Below, in pieces: positions 19,740-31,252 of a stretch of 39,736 nucleotides of DNA. The stretch comes from an uncultured Eubacteriales bacterium (GTDB lineage: Bacteria; Bacillota; Clostridia; Acetivibrionales; CAZANH01), in the NCBI GenBank assembly GCA_964486515.1, contig CAZANH010000109.1, positions 1 through 39,736 on the forward strand. The letters are read 5' to 3'. The notes under the pieces were generated by a model. The model was not told the DNA's origin and made no database searches. It was given only the letters and a program-made list of their open reading frames with translations. The translations under genes and the position numbers were made by a program. Numbering within the stretch: the stretch's first letter is position 1; the number at the start of each line of letters is the position of its first letter.

Positions 19740-20501
19740 TCAAATGCGTGATATTTCAGGAATTACCCTGTTTCGGCTGTGCTCTGCGATATCCCTTGTT
19801 GCTTCAAGTTCTGATTTTGGTATAGGTATATGGATACGTGTGCTGTCAAATTGAACACCTTGCATCTTTTTAATTTCCATAAAGAGAGACATCTCTTTAC
19901 CCGGCTTGTCAGAGTAAATAATATTGCTTACAGTTGATTCCAGTTTTGCTACCAGTTCTGAATGTGGTTTTACGCTAACTGAAAACAGGCATGAAAACCT
20001 TTGGTCTTTTAATGATTTAATTATAGTTTCTGTTATCTTTGAACGATAAGTTGGGGAAAAGAATAATAAATTCAGTGCTGATCCAAAAATCAATATCCCA
20101 GGGTCGGATGGAACTGAGTGAAGAAATTTAAATCCTTGATTGACTGCCTTATTCCATTGTTCAGGGTATACGAGATTAGCTGAAAAACTATGATCATTTA
20201 CGGGGCCAACTTCTTTTGCGGATGTATCAAGTTCAATAAAAACAATATTATTGTTGTATCTTTCCAGACCGTATCCTGCCACGCGTTTAAAACTTTCATA
20301 TGCAAAGTGCTGTTCAGGATATTGAAGAGACATGAAAACTATTCCTCCGCCTGCCCTGAGCCATGAATCAATAATAACATTACCTATCAAAGGTTTACCT
20401 GATCCGCCGGGGCCGGTGATTAGTGTTGAAGTACCTACAGGCCATCCTTCAGGTAAAAGGTCAGCCAGCCATTTTATATGAATCGGTATCGTTTTAGACA
20501 T
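19740..20501 (-). CDS. RAD55/KaiC-like RecA-fold protein with degenerate Walker motifs
   Basis: WLADLLPEGWPVGTSTLITGPGGSGKP and C-terminal EIKKMQG resemble single-domain KaiC. Confidence 0.7.
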   Translation of the reverse strand: MSKTIPIHIKWLADLLPEGWPVGTSTLITGPGGSGKPLIGNVIIDSWLRAGGGIVFMSLQYPEQHFAYESFKRVAGYGLERYNNNIVFIELDTSAKEVGPVNDHSFSANLVYPEQWNKAVNQGFKFLHSVPSDPGILIFGSALNLLFFSPTYRSKITETIIKSLKDQRFSCLFSVSVKPHSELVAKLESTVSNIIYSDKPGKEMSLFMEIKKMQGVQFDSTRIHIPIPKSELEATRDIAEHSRNRVIPEISRI

Positions 20502-20701
20502 AATATTACTCCTTCCTTATTACATGTATATTGTAACAGAACGCATATTCCTTGTCAATAACTTGGGAAACAAAGCAAATCAAATTCAAAATGAAGAATC
20601 AAGATTAAAAATCGCACCAAGAATCAATATTTGCTTTGACCTGCATAAAAAAATAATATATAATAACACTAAAAAATTAGTCAGACAGGGGACCAAAAAG
20701 C

Positions 20702-23377
20702 ATGAATTTTATCATACACCTGGTTGAACAATGTGGTTCATTAGTGAGAAAATGTGAGCCATTGGTACAAAAGTTTGGTTTATTAATCAAAAAAAATTAT
20801 GTGTTGATTTTATCATTTCTTTTACCTGTGGTAATTCTTGAAACAGCATATATTACAAGAGGAATATATCCATTTGGGGGACGTGACATACTTCTTATCG
20901 ATCTTTATCATCAATATGCCCCTTTCGTTTCGGATTTACAGGATAAACTGCGTTCATTTTCAAGCCTTCTTTATTCATGGACAGGAGGCCTCGGGGCAAC
21001 TTATCTGCCACTTATTGCTTATTATCTTGCAAGCCCGCTTAACATAATTTCAATACTTTTTCCAAAGGAAAATCTCACAGAGATTATCCTCACACTTGTC
21101 CTCTTAAAGACCGGCCTTGCAGGAGCATGTTTTGCCGTTTATTTAAAAAAGGTGCTCAACAATAAAACCGATCTTTCTGTTACGGCATTTTCACTGTTGT
21201 ATGCACTTTCCGGCCATATGATGGCATATTCGTGGAATATAATGTGGCTTGATGCGATTTATCTTCTTCCTTTGATTGTACTTGGTCTTGTCAGGTTGAT
21301 ACGTGACGGAAAGGGTGTATTCTTTTGTATTGCTCTTGGCATTAGCCTTTTTTCAAGTTTTTATATGTCAATATTTATATGCTTGTTTATAGCAGTATAT
21401 TTTCCTGTCTGCCTTTTTCAGTATCATGATTTTAAAAAGCCAAAAATACTGGTTAAAAGAACATTGCAGTTTTCAGGATTTTCGCTGCTTTCCGCTGGGT
21501 TAGCCTCAATACTGCTTGTCCCGACATTCTTTGCACTGAAATTGACTTCAGCAGCAGGAGAAACATTTCCTGCAGGTTTTAAACAATATTTTGATATATT
21601 TGATTATATAAGCCGGTTCTTTGTCATTACAGAGCCTTCCATAAGGGAAGGAATGCCTAATCTTTACTGCGGAATAGCAGTTTTGATACTGATGCCTATG
21701 TATTTTTTCAGTCGGATTGTCAGGTTGAAGGAGAAACTTTTGTATATGGGATTGCTCATGCTTATTTTCTTGAGTTTTAATACGGATACATTGAATTTTA
21801 TATGGCATGGTTCACATTTTCCAAATCAGCTTCCGTATCGTTATTCATTTATAGGCATATTTGTTATTTTAACATTGTCTTATACCGCATTTAACAAACT
21901 CGATGAATTCAGCGGAAAGCAGATAGGGAGTTTTTGTTCGGTGGCAATAGGCTTAATTGTTTTATCACAAAAGATAAACGAAAAACCACCCGGGCATATG
22001 ATACTGTATATAAGCATACTGTTTGTTGTACTTTATGCGGCAGTCCTGACATCTGACGGTCATTTTAAACTAAAAAAAATATCGTACAGGCCTCTCATAT
22101 TTCTCCTTGTTGTTTTTGCGGAAATTACACTGAATACAATTGTAACAGCCGATACTATTGACAGAACCGAGTACTATTCAACAAGAAACGGGTACTCAAG
22201 CGGAACGGAAGCAGCTGATATAAGAAATAAGATTAAGGAAATCAATGCTTCTGACAAAAGTTTTTACCGTATGGAAATATACCCTCCAAAAACGACAAAT
22301 GACCCTAATCTGTATAATTTTCGTGGGTTATCTATATTTTCATCTACCATTCCTATGAAACCTGTAAAGACAATGCAGAATTTTGGCTTCCACAGCAATG
22401 GAATAAATAGTTACAAATACGAAGGTTCAACAGCACTGCTTGATTCACTGTTCGGCATTAAATACATTATACGGCGTAATGATGAAATAGAGGAAAGGCT
22501 TTATAAAGAGATTGCATCAACTGATGAAATAAAAGTATATGAAAATCTGTATGCGCTGCCGCTTGGCTTTTATGCACCAAATGGGGTCATTGACTGGAAA
22601 AGCAATAAAACAGATCCTTTTAAGGTACAGAATGAATTTATTGAAAAAATCTGTGGTGTATCGGATATTTTTGTACCTCTTGAACAAAAGCAGGGTACAA
22701 ATACAAACATGACATACAGTGGTTCCTGGACAAAAAATTACAGCTATAAACGCAGTAACAAGGATATCAAGTCAATTGCCAGAGTAAAGATTGTGCCGGA
22801 AAAGGACATGCATGTGTACCTGTATCATGATATTTCAGGTAGCAACATAGATAATGGTTTTATTATGGTGGGCGATAAAAAAATTAATTTCAATGCAATA
22901 CGTTCAACAATGGTGAATGTCGGATTTTGCAAGGCAGGAACTGTTGTTGAATTTAACCTTACCATAAAAAATACCGCACTGGAATCAGGAAGTTTCAGGC
23001 TTTATTCATACGGGCTTAACGAAGAGGCATTCAAAAATGCAATATCGCTTATAAGAAAGAATTCGCTTACTCTTGTAAATTTTACAGATAATAGTGTGGA
23101 AGGTGTTATTGAAGCTGAAGACGAGGGGATTGCCTTTATGACAATACCATTTGATCCTGGATGGAAGATAAGGGTCGACGGTTTGGATGTAAAACCCAAA
23201 GCTGTTGATAATGGTTTCCTAAGTTTTTATTTGAGTGCAGGTTCACATTATGTTGAACTTGAATTCATACCTGATAAGTTTAATGTTGGTATGTGGATTA
23301 CCTTATTATCCCTGTTCATACTGATTTTAGTTTGCATACTGCCATTTATCTTTGGTAAAAGAGAAAAAAACAGATAA
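20702..23377 (+). CDS. YfhO-family membrane glycosyltransferase (GT-C)
   Basis: DLYHQYAPF, YYLASPLN, NIMWLD, PYRYSF, IPFDPGW. Confidence 0.9.
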   Translation: MNFIIHLVEQCGSLVRKCEPLVQKFGLLIKKNYVLILSFLLPVVILETAYITRGIYPFGGRDILLIDLYHQYAPFVSDLQDKLRSFSSLLYSWTGGLGATYLPLIAYYLASPLNIISILFPKENLTEIILTLVLLKTGLAGACFAVYLKKVLNNKTDLSVTAFSLLYALSGHMMAYSWNIMWLDAIYLLPLIVLGLVRLIRDGKGVFFCIALGISLFSSFYMSIFICLFIAVYFPVCLFQYHDFKKPKILVKRTLQFSGFSLLSAGLASILLVPTFFALKLTSAAGETFPAGFKQYFDIFDYISRFFVITEPSIREGMPNLYCGIAVLILMPMYFFSRIVRLKEKLLYMGLLMLIFLSFNTDTLNFIWHGSHFPNQLPYRYSFIGIFVILTLSYTAFNKLDEFSGKQIGSFCSVAIGLIVLSQKINEKPPGHMILYISILFVVLYAAVLTSDGHFKLKKISYRPLIFLLVVFAEITLNTIVTADTIDRTEYYSTRNGYSSGTEAADIRNKIKEINASDKSFYRMEIYPPKTTNDPNLYNFRGLSIFSSTIPMKPVKTMQNFGFHSNGINSYKYEGSTALLDSLFGIKYIIRRNDEIEERLYKEIASTDEIKVYENLYALPLGFYAPNGVIDWKSNKTDPFKVQNEFIEKICGVSDIFVPLEQKQGTNTNMTYSGSWTKNYSYKRSNKDIKSIARVKIVPEKDMHVYLYHDISGSNIDNGFIMVGDKKINFNAIRSTMVNVGFCKAGTVVEFNLTIKNTALESGSFRLYSYGLNEEAFKNAISLIRKNSLTLVNFTDNSVEGVIEAEDEGIAFMTIPFDPGWKIRVDGLDVKPKAVDNGFLSFYLSAGSHYVELEFIPDKFNVGMWITLLSLFILILVCILPFIFGKREKNR

Positions 23378-23393
23378 TAACTGACAACCAGCA

Positions 23394-24500
23394 TTATATA
23401 CTATAGCCCAATTCAGTAATAATATCACTGCAATTCTTACGGATTTTTTTCATTAACCTTTTTTTAAGGATGTTTTTTCCTGGTTTATATCCCTTCTGTG
23501 AATTGATGTATTTTACAAAGTCTATTTTTGCTTCATCAAAACCAGCCATATTAAGTTCTCTATAAATAAATTCAAGGGACTTAAGAGGATATTGTACAAA
23601 ATCTTCGTATTTTATTTCAACAAGATTCCCTTTTGGAATAAGTGATTTTTCCTTGAAGAATTTTGTATAAAACTTCTTATAAAGATCAACCTGAAAATTT
23701 TCAGCGTCTTCTTCACGGGCAAGTTCCTGCAGGGTGTAGACGGAAAACATGGTCCTGTACATTCTTATGGTGGATGCGCAAACCTTATATGGATTTCTGT
23801 AAATGTGTATGAATTTTGCATTTGGAAACAGTTCCAACAGTGCCTTTATTCTCATCGTGTTGTTCGGGCTTTTTAATAACAACCTTTTACCGCCTGACAT
23901 ATAAGTGACCTTTTTAAGCAGGTATAAATATACTTCCTTCCATTTTTTTATCCATTGTTCCGAAGGGTTCTCAAAAAGACCATATTTTACATATTTATCA
24001 CGGTTTCTTGGGAATGCCATCATATGAAGGATTGAATAAGGTGCGGAGTTTGCTACTGCAAATTCTTCTTCCTGGGGAAGATTGATATTGAGTTCAATAT
24101 TGTCTATCGGCCTCTTCTTTGGGAGAGTAACCTTCATTACTTTTTCGATAACCGGTTTTAACGTAAGGAAAATCCATGGTGCATATGTCTGGATTATGGT
24201 AAAGAATGAAAACTGTTTGTCTTTTGAAAGTATATTTACCAGATAGGTAGTTCCGCTTCTCCAATGTCCTATGATAAATACGGGGTCATTTTCTATTTTT
24301 GTGTTGTAGATTTTCTTGGTAAAAATAATCTTTTCTAGCAGCACAAACGGGCTGTTTAATAATACAATAAATGAAATAAACAATACTTTCGGTATATACC
24401 ACCATTTAATATCAAATTTATTGTCAAACAGGAGTTTCCACCAATTAAGAGGATTTGTGCCTATCAGATACTGCATATATATGTTTCGAGCATTCTTCAT
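23394..24500 (-). CDS. PAPS-dependent sulfotransferase family protein
   Basis: PVFIIGHWRSGTTYL (5'-PSB), LLKSP, IHIYRNPYKVCAS (3'-PB), KYEDFV. Confidence 0.88.
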   Translation of the reverse strand: MKNARNIYMQYLIGTNPLNWWKLLFDNKFDIKWWYIPKVLFISFIVLLNSPFVLLEKIIFTKKIYNTKIENDPVFIIGHWRSGTTYLVNILSKDKQFSFFTIIQTYAPWIFLTLKPVIEKVMKVTLPKKRPIDNIELNINLPQEEEFAVANSAPYSILHMMAFPRNRDKYVKYGLFENPSEQWIKKWKEVYLYLLKKVTYMSGGKRLLLKSPNNTMRIKALLELFPNAKFIHIYRNPYKVCASTIRMYRTMFSVYTLQELAREEDAENFQVDLYKKFYTKFFKEKSLIPKGNLVEIKYEDFVQYPLKSLEFIYRELNMAGFDEAKIDFVKYINSQKGYKPGKNILKKRLMKKIRKNCSDIITELGYSI

Positions 24501-24662
24501 AATACCACCCTTTACCTATCTCCATATAATATAATATAATTTTACTAAACTCATTGTAACACATTAGATGACATAATGGCATTTATTTTTTAATTTTTCT
24601 TGATTTTTTATATCATTAAATATAAAATATACTTTAAAGATTTAAAAGAGGGTGATGAAATT

Positions 24663-24989
24663 ATGTCGCTTGAGATAATAAGATCAATAAGACATGCGGA
24701 AAAAGAAGCAGATAATATAGTTAAAACCTCTTTGGCTGATGAACGCCGAATTTTAGCCAATGCGGAAAAAGAATCCTATAGGTTATTGGAAAAAGCAAAT
24801 GAAGAGGCTGAAATTAAAAAAAAGGCAATAATAAAAAAAGCTGAATCAGATGCATACAAGGAAATAGAAAAGATTAATAACAGAATTTTAAAAGAGTGTG
24901 AAACAATAAAAAAAGAGGCAGAACAAAACATAACAAATGCAGCAGAAATAATTGCCGGAAGGATAATAAAATCTCATGGCTATAGTTGA
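24663..24989 (+). CDS. V/A-type ATPase subunit H/G (peripheral stalk)
   Basis: Charged coiled coil MSLEIIRSIRHAEKEAD; first gene of the operon; RBS before the ATG at 24663. Confidence 0.8.
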   Translation: MSLEIIRSIRHAEKEADNIVKTSLADERRILANAEKESYRLLEKANEEAEIKKKAIIKKAESDAYKEIEKINNRILKECETIKKEAEQNITNAAEIIAGRIIKSHGYS

Positions 24990-26928
24990 TATGAAAAGGA
25001 TAAGCCTTATAGGTTTCGAAAAACACCAGGAGCAAATTCTTGATATACTCATGAGAATGGGTGTTGTTGAAATAGATAATATCCAGAATAAGACATCGGA
25101 GAAAGAATGGCATGAACTTGTTTCAAGAGATGGAGAAGAAGAGAAAGTTACAGAACTTGACAGCTATATTTCAAAGGTTGATGAAGCTATAAAAAACCTT
25201 GAAAAATACAATAACAGTAAAAAAAACTTTCTCAACTTTAAAAGGGATCTTGAAAGGTCGGATTTTACAAATATAATATATAATAGTGATATATTAAGGG
25301 ATGCGGTTGATGTAATATCAAAATGTAATGAAAGGCTTTCACAATTAAGGAGTGAAGAAAACCAGCTGGAAAGCCTCAAAGGAAGTCTTGAACCCTGGAA
25401 AGGGCTTGATATTCCGTTTGAAATGAAAGGTACTTCTGTAACTGATATTATAATTGGTGTTATTCCTGCAACTCCACATGAGTGGAAGGAAATCAATGAC
25501 AAACTTCTTGAAAATATACCCGAATGTACTGTAGAAACTGTAAATAGCAACAGGGAAACTGTATATGTTTCCATAATATATCATGAATCCAGCAGGGAAA
25601 GGCTGTCAGGACTGCTGAAAAAACATGGATTTACAAAGACTGTATTCAAGGATATAAAGGGTACGGCAGCACATAACATAAATTCCTGTGATGAAAAAAT
25701 TCTGCAAATACAAAAGGAAAGAGAGAAAATAGAAAAAAGAATTTCTTCTTTTAAGGAACAAAAGGATAATCTTGAGGTGTTTCATGATTATCTGCTGATG
25801 AGGCGTGACAGGAAAAAAGCACAAAGCAGTATGATAAAAACAAACAGGACATTTATGATGGAGGGCTGGGTACCTTCAAATTTGAGTGAAAATGTAAAAA
25901 AAGAGATGGAGAAACATTGGGACTGTATTGTTGAATTACATACCCCGAATGAGTCAGAAGAATTTCCCGTACTGTTGGATAATCCAACTGTGGTTAAACC
26001 ATTTGAATTAATAACGGAATTATACAGTTTACCGCAATCAAGGGGTATTGACCCAAATATATTAATGGCGCCTTTTTATTTCATATTTTTTGGGATGATG
26101 ATAAGTGATGCGGGGTACGGATTTTTGATAGCATTACTGTCAGGTCTCGCGCTTTTGAAGTTTAAACCTTCCAGAATTTTTGGAAAACTTTTAAGGCTTT
26201 TATTTCTTGGTGGTATTTCCACTTTTGCCTGGGGAGTTTTATTTGGCGGATGGTTCGGGAATATAACGGAACTCATTACGTCGGGGAATTTTACACTACC
26301 GCCCTTGTGGTTTAATCCTCTTGATGACCCAATGAGACTTTTGATATGGTCGCTTGTTTTCGGCGGGATACATTTGTTTACAGGTATGGCAGTCAAGGCT
26401 TATATTCTTATTAAGAAAGGTAAAGTATTGGATGCCGTATTTGATATCGGGTTTTGGTATATTCTTTTGATTGGCCTTGTATTAATGTTTGCAGGAGGAG
26501 ATATTGCAGGAGCAGGGAAATTTATGTCTGTTTTGGGAGGAATACTGCTGATACTGACACAGGGGAGGAACCAGAAAGGAATAATAAAAAAATTTTTTTC
26601 AGGGATTTTGAGCCTTTATAACGTTACAGGGTATTTAAGTGATGTATTATCGTACTCAAGATTACTGGCACTTGGACTTGCGACTGGGGTAATAGCTTCT
26701 GTAATCAATACGGTAGGTATACTTTTTGGTTTAAATATTATTGGAATATTGCTTTTGATTATAATATTCATAGTAGGGCATGTTTTTAATATCCTGATAA
26801 ATGCACTAGGTGCATATGTACATGCAAGCAGGCTTCAGTATGTGGAATTTTTCAGCAAATTTTATGAAGGTGGGGGTAAGGCGTTTAAACCATTTAAAAT
26901 AAATACGAATTATATTAATTTGAAGTGA
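24976..26928 (+). CDS. ntpI: V/A-type ATPase subunit I (a)
   Basis: DVLSYSRLLALGLA, HASRLQYVEFFSKFYEGGG. Confidence 0.95.
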   Translation: MAIVDMKRISLIGFEKHQEQILDILMRMGVVEIDNIQNKTSEKEWHELVSRDGEEEKVTELDSYISKVDEAIKNLEKYNNSKKNFLNFKRDLERSDFTNIIYNSDILRDAVDVISKCNERLSQLRSEENQLESLKGSLEPWKGLDIPFEMKGTSVTDIIIGVIPATPHEWKEINDKLLENIPECTVETVNSNRETVYVSIIYHESSRERLSGLLKKHGFTKTVFKDIKGTAAHNINSCDEKILQIQKEREKIEKRISSFKEQKDNLEVFHDYLLMRRDRKKAQSSMIKTNRTFMMEGWVPSNLSENVKKEMEKHWDCIVELHTPNESEEFPVLLDNPTVVKPFELITELYSLPQSRGIDPNILMAPFYFIFFGMMISDAGYGFLIALLSGLALLKFKPSRIFGKLLRLLFLGGISTFAWGVLFGGWFGNITELITSGNFTLPPLWFNPLDDPMRLLIWSLVFGGIHLFTGMAVKAYILIKKGKVLDAVFDIGFWYILLIGLVLMFAGGDIAGAGKFMSVLGGILLILTQGRNQKGIIKKFFSGILSLYNVTGYLSDVLSYSRLLALGLATGVIASVINTVGILFGLNIIGILLLIIIFIVGHVFNILINALGAYVHASRLQYVEFFSKFYEGGGKAFKPFKINTNYINLK

Positions 26929-27435
<507 letters not shown>

Positions 27436-27479
27436 TCAGTAGTTTATATGTTTTCAATTCAAAACAGGAGTGTATTAAA

Positions 27480-28076
27480 ATGACGAGTACCGACAGGATA
27501 ATAAACAAAATAATGGAAGAAGCAAGGCAAAATGCTCGTAAAAACCTTGATGAGGCTGATAAAGAAGCTTTTGAAATAATGGAAAGAACACGTGACGAGT
27601 CAAGGCAGAACATGGAAGAAATGGTTAAAAAGGCTGAAAATGAAGCAGATATACGAAAAGAGAGAATGATTTCCGTAGCCGGACTTGAAGGGCGTAAGAA
27701 GAAACTGCAGGTGAAGCAGGATATGATAAGCAAGGTATTTGATACGGCATTGGAATTTTTGATATCCAAATCTGACAATGAATATGAGGATATGCTTGTG
27801 AATATGATAGCCGAAACATGCAAAGACGGTGATGCGGAGATTATTTTGTCAAAAAAGGATAAAGGGAGAGTCGGACAGGATTTTGTAGAAAAAATAAATA
27901 AGAAATTAGTAAAAAACGGTATTAAAGGCAATATAAAATTATCCGGTGAAACAAGAGATATTAAAGGCGGTTTTATAATAAAAAAAGGAGATATTGAAAT
28001 AAATAATTCTTTTGAAGCAATTATAAGAATGCAGCGTGACAAACTTGAAGAGATAGTTGTAGCCGTATTGTTTTAA
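27480..28076 (+). CDS. ntpE: V/A-type ATPase subunit E
   Basis: Coiled-coil N-terminus, IKGGFII...INNSFE. Confidence 0.9.
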   Translation: MTSTDRIINKIMEEARQNARKNLDEADKEAFEIMERTRDESRQNMEEMVKKAENEADIRKERMISVAGLEGRKKKLQVKQDMISKVFDTALEFLISKSDNEYEDMLVNMIAETCKDGDAEIILSKKDKGRVGQDFVEKINKKLVKNGIKGNIKLSGETRDIKGGFIIKKGDIEINNSFEAIIRMQRDKLEEIVVAVLF

Positions 28077-28141
28077 TCCTGATAATAATAGTGTTGTATG
28101 TACTGTTTAAGTGGCAACCGGAAGGGAGGCTTTAACGGGTT

Positions 28142-29146
28142 TTGGTGAAGGATATAGATTATGCATATGCGACAGCAAGGATAAAGGTAATGGAAAAACA
28201 TATGATAGGCAGTAATAGAATTGAAAGGATGATTGATGCCAAAACTCCGGCAGATGCTTTAAAAGTGTTGTACGATGCAGGGTATGGAAATTCACAGGTT
28301 GAACTCGCGGATATATGTGATTACGAAATACTGTTGAAGGAGGAAATATCAAAGGTTTACACACTTCTGAAAGAAATTTCTCCTGAAAATGAACCGGTAG
28401 ACGTATTCCTACAAAGAAATGACTATCATAACGCAAAGGTTATAATAAAAGGGGAGTATTCGGGGCAGGATTACGAAAAGATATTACTTGAACCGTCATT
28501 AATAGATAAAAAAAAGCTGATTGAAATGATAAGGGAACATGAGATTTCGGATATGCCTTGTATAATGAGAAATGCAGTGGAAGAATGCATTGATGATTTA
28601 AACAGGACAGGTGACCCCCAGATAGTTGATATTCTTCTTGATAAAGCAATGTATGGACAGATGGTGGAGTTCTGCCGAATATACAAAAGTGATTTTTTAA
28701 AAAGACTAATTGCTGTTATGATTGACCTTGCAAATATAAGGATGTTCTTACGGATAAGGGAAATGAAAAAAAACAGTGATTATTTAAAAAAAACATTTAT
28801 AGCAGGTGGAAATCTGGATAATAAAAGATTTATAAAAAATTATGACGAGCCTGTTGAAAAAACAATTGAGGAGATAAAATATACTAAATACGGAAAAGTA
28901 TTTGAGGAAGGTGTTTCAAGTTTTATTCATACAAACAGCCTATCTGAGATTGAAAGGCTTTTTGACAATTTTATGATTGAGCATATTAAAAAATACAGGT
29001 ATGTTTCAGTTGGACTGGAACCGCTTGTTTGTTATCTTATCGCAAAAGAAAATGAAATCAGAAATATAAGGATAATAATGTCAGGCAAAAAGGGAGACAT
29101 TCCTGATGATGTTATAAGAAGGAGATTAAGGGATAGTTATGTATAA
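28142..29146 (+). CDS. ntpC: V/A-type ATPase subunit C
   Basis: YAYATARIKVME, KENEIRNIRII, RRRLRDSYV. Confidence 0.92.
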   Translation: MVKDIDYAYATARIKVMEKHMIGSNRIERMIDAKTPADALKVLYDAGYGNSQVELADICDYEILLKEEISKVYTLLKEISPENEPVDVFLQRNDYHNAKVIIKGEYSGQDYEKILLEPSLIDKKKLIEMIREHEISDMPCIMRNAVEECIDDLNRTGDPQIVDILLDKAMYGQMVEFCRIYKSDFLKRLIAVMIDLANIRMFLRIREMKKNSDYLKKTFIAGGNLDNKRFIKNYDEPVEKTIEEIKYTKYGKVFEEGVSSFIHTNSLSEIERLFDNFMIEHIKKYRYVSVGLEPLVCYLIAKENEIRNIRIIMSGKKGDIPDDVIRRRLRDSYV

Positions 29147-29459
29147 AATAGCAGTTATGGGAAGAAAAGAGAGCATTCTTGGATTCAAGGCTGTAGGAAT
29201 TGACACATATGCCATAAAAGAGAAATCAGATGCCGCGGTTACACTTGATAAACTTGCCAGGAATGATTATGCTGTTATATTTATAACAGAGCAGGTTGCA
29301 AAGGATTTAATCTCTGATATTGAAGTGTATGATGAAAAACAAGTTCCAGCTATTATACCTATACCCGGCAACTGGGGTTCACTGGGAATAGGAATGAAAA
29401 ATATAAAAAAATGTGTCGAGCGTGCTGTGGGTGCGGACATATTATTTAATGCAGAGTGA
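29139..29459 (+). CDS. V/A-type ATPase subunit F
   Basis: KIAVMG, GFKAVG, YAVIFITE, VERAVGADI. Confidence 0.92.
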   Translation: MYKIAVMGRKESILGFKAVGIDTYAIKEKSDAAVTLDKLARNDYAVIFITEQVAKDLISDIEVYDEKQVPAIIPIPGNWGSLGIGMKNIKKCVERAVGADILFNAE

Positions 29460-29480
29460 TATTGAAAGAAGGGATAAATT

Positions 29481-31250
29481 TTGAGTCAGGGAACAATAGT
29501 AAAAGTTGCAGGGCCTCTTGTAATAGCTGAAGGTATGAGAGATGCAAATATGTTTGATGTAGTACGTGTCAGTGAGCATGAATTGATTGGAGAAATTATT
29601 GAGATGCATGGTGACAGGGCATCAATACAGGTATATGAGGAAACAGCAGGACTTGGCCCGGGTGAGCCGGTAGTATCAGAAGGTTCACCGTTAAGTGTTG
29701 AACTTGGCCCGGGCCTTATAGGAAAAATATTTGACGGAATACAAAGGCCGCTTGAAGAGATAAGGGAAAAAGTTGGCAGTAATATTACAAGAGGTATTAA
29801 TGTGGATTCATTAAACAGAACAAGAAAATGGAAGTTTGAACCCACAGTAGAAGATGGTATTAAGGTTTCAACGGGAGATATAATCGGAAAGGTAAAGGAA
29901 ACAAATATTGTGGAACACATGATTATGATTCCTAATGGTGTTGAAGGTTTGCTTACACGGATCTATTCCGGTGAATTTACTGTTGAAGATACGGTTGCAA
30001 ATGTAAAGACAGACGGTGGTGAAATTATTGATATAAAAATGCTGCAAAAGTGGCCTGTACGTGAGGGTAGGCCTTACAGGGAGAAACTGCCTCCCGAAAC
30101 TCCGATGATAACAGGCCAGAGAGTAATAGATACACTGTTCCCGCTTGCAAAAGGTGGTGTCGCAGGTATACCAGGACCGTTTGGAAGCGGGAAAACAGTA
30201 GTCCAGCACCAGCTCGCAAAATGGTCGGATACGGAAATTGTAGTATATATTGGCTGCGGTGAGCGTGGAAATGAAATGACAGATGTTCTTCTTGAATTCC
30301 CCGAGCTTAAAGACCCACAAACAGGAGAATCACTTATGAACAGGACAGTACTGATTGCCAATACTTCCGATATGCCTGTGGCAGCCCGGGAAGCTTCAAT
30401 TTATACAGGTATAACAATTGCTGAATATTTCAGAGACATGGGTTACAGCGTGGCATTGATGGCCGACTCAACATCTCGTTGGGCGGAGGCATTAAGGGAG
30501 ATGTCAGGACGCCTTGAGGAAATGCCAGGAGAAGAAGGATATCCGGCTTATCTTGGTTCAAGAATTGCCCAGTTTTATGAAAGGGCAGGCAGGATTTTAA
30601 CTTTGGGTACAAATGGGCGTGAAGGGAGCCTTACGGCGATTGGGGCAGTATCTCCTCCGGGGGGAGACCTTTCAGAACCAGTAACACAGGCAACCTTAAG
30701 AATAGTCAAGGTTTTCTGGGGGCTTGATGCAAACCTTGCATATAAAAGGCATTTTCCTGCAATTAACTGGCTCTTGAGCTATTCCTTATACTTGGACAGG
30801 CTTGATGAATGGATTGGTGAAAATGTGGCAAGGGACTGGAATAAGCTTAGAGGAGATACAATGAGGATACTGCAGGAAGAATCGGAATTAGAGGAAATTG
30901 TAAGGCTTGTCGGAGTTGATGCATTATCGTCAAATGACAGGTTGATACTTGAAGAAGCAAAGTCAATTAGGGAGGATTATCTGCACCAGGATGCTTTTCA
31001 TGAAACAGATACTTATACATCATTGTATAAACAATACAGGATGCTGAAACTGATAATTCAGTTTTATTACGAAGGGGAAAAAGCCATAAATGCCGGTGTT
31101 GATATTACGAAGGTATTTGAAATAGCGGTAAGAGAGAGAATAGGAAGAGCCAAATATGTTCCCGAAAAAGAAGTGGATGCAGTGTTTGCAAAAGTTGAAG
31201 ATGACTTGAAGAAGCAGATAGAAGAGCTTATAACGAAAGAGGGTGAATAG
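29481..31250 (+). CDS. ntpA: V/A-type ATPase catalytic subunit A
   Basis: [28 protein letters not shown]. Confidence 0.98.
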   Translation: MSQGTIVKVAGPLVIAEGMRDANMFDVVRVSEHELIGEIIEMHGDRASIQVYEETAGLGPGEPVVSEGSPLSVELGPGLIGKIFDGIQRPLEEIREKVGSNITRGINVDSLNRTRKWKFEPTVEDGIKVSTGDIIGKVKETNIVEHMIMIPNGVEGLLTRIYSGEFTVEDTVANVKTDGGEIIDIKMLQKWPVREGRPYREKLPPETPMITGQRVIDTLFPLAKGGVAGIPGPFGSGKTVVQHQLAKWSDTEIVVYIGCGERGNEMTDVLLEFPELKDPQTGESLMNRTVLIANTSDMPVAAREASIYTGITIAEYFRDMGYSVALMADSTSRWAEALREMSGRLEEMPGEEGYPAYLGSRIAQFYERAGRILTLGTNGREGSLTAIGAVSPPGGDLSEPVTQATLRIVKVFWGLDANLAYKRHFPAINWLLSYSLYLDRLDEWIGENVARDWNKLRGDTMRILQEESELEEIVRLVGVDALSSNDRLILEEAKSIREDYLHQDAFHETDTYTSLYKQYRMLKLIIQFYYEGEKAINAGVDITKVFEIAVRERIGRAKYVPEKEVDAVFAKVEDDLKKQIEELITKEGE

Positions 31251-31252
31251 GA

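Noticed and set aside
24600-24662. Longer TTG start for the first ATPase gene
   Set aside because: The RBS-like GAGGGTG precedes the ATG at 24663.
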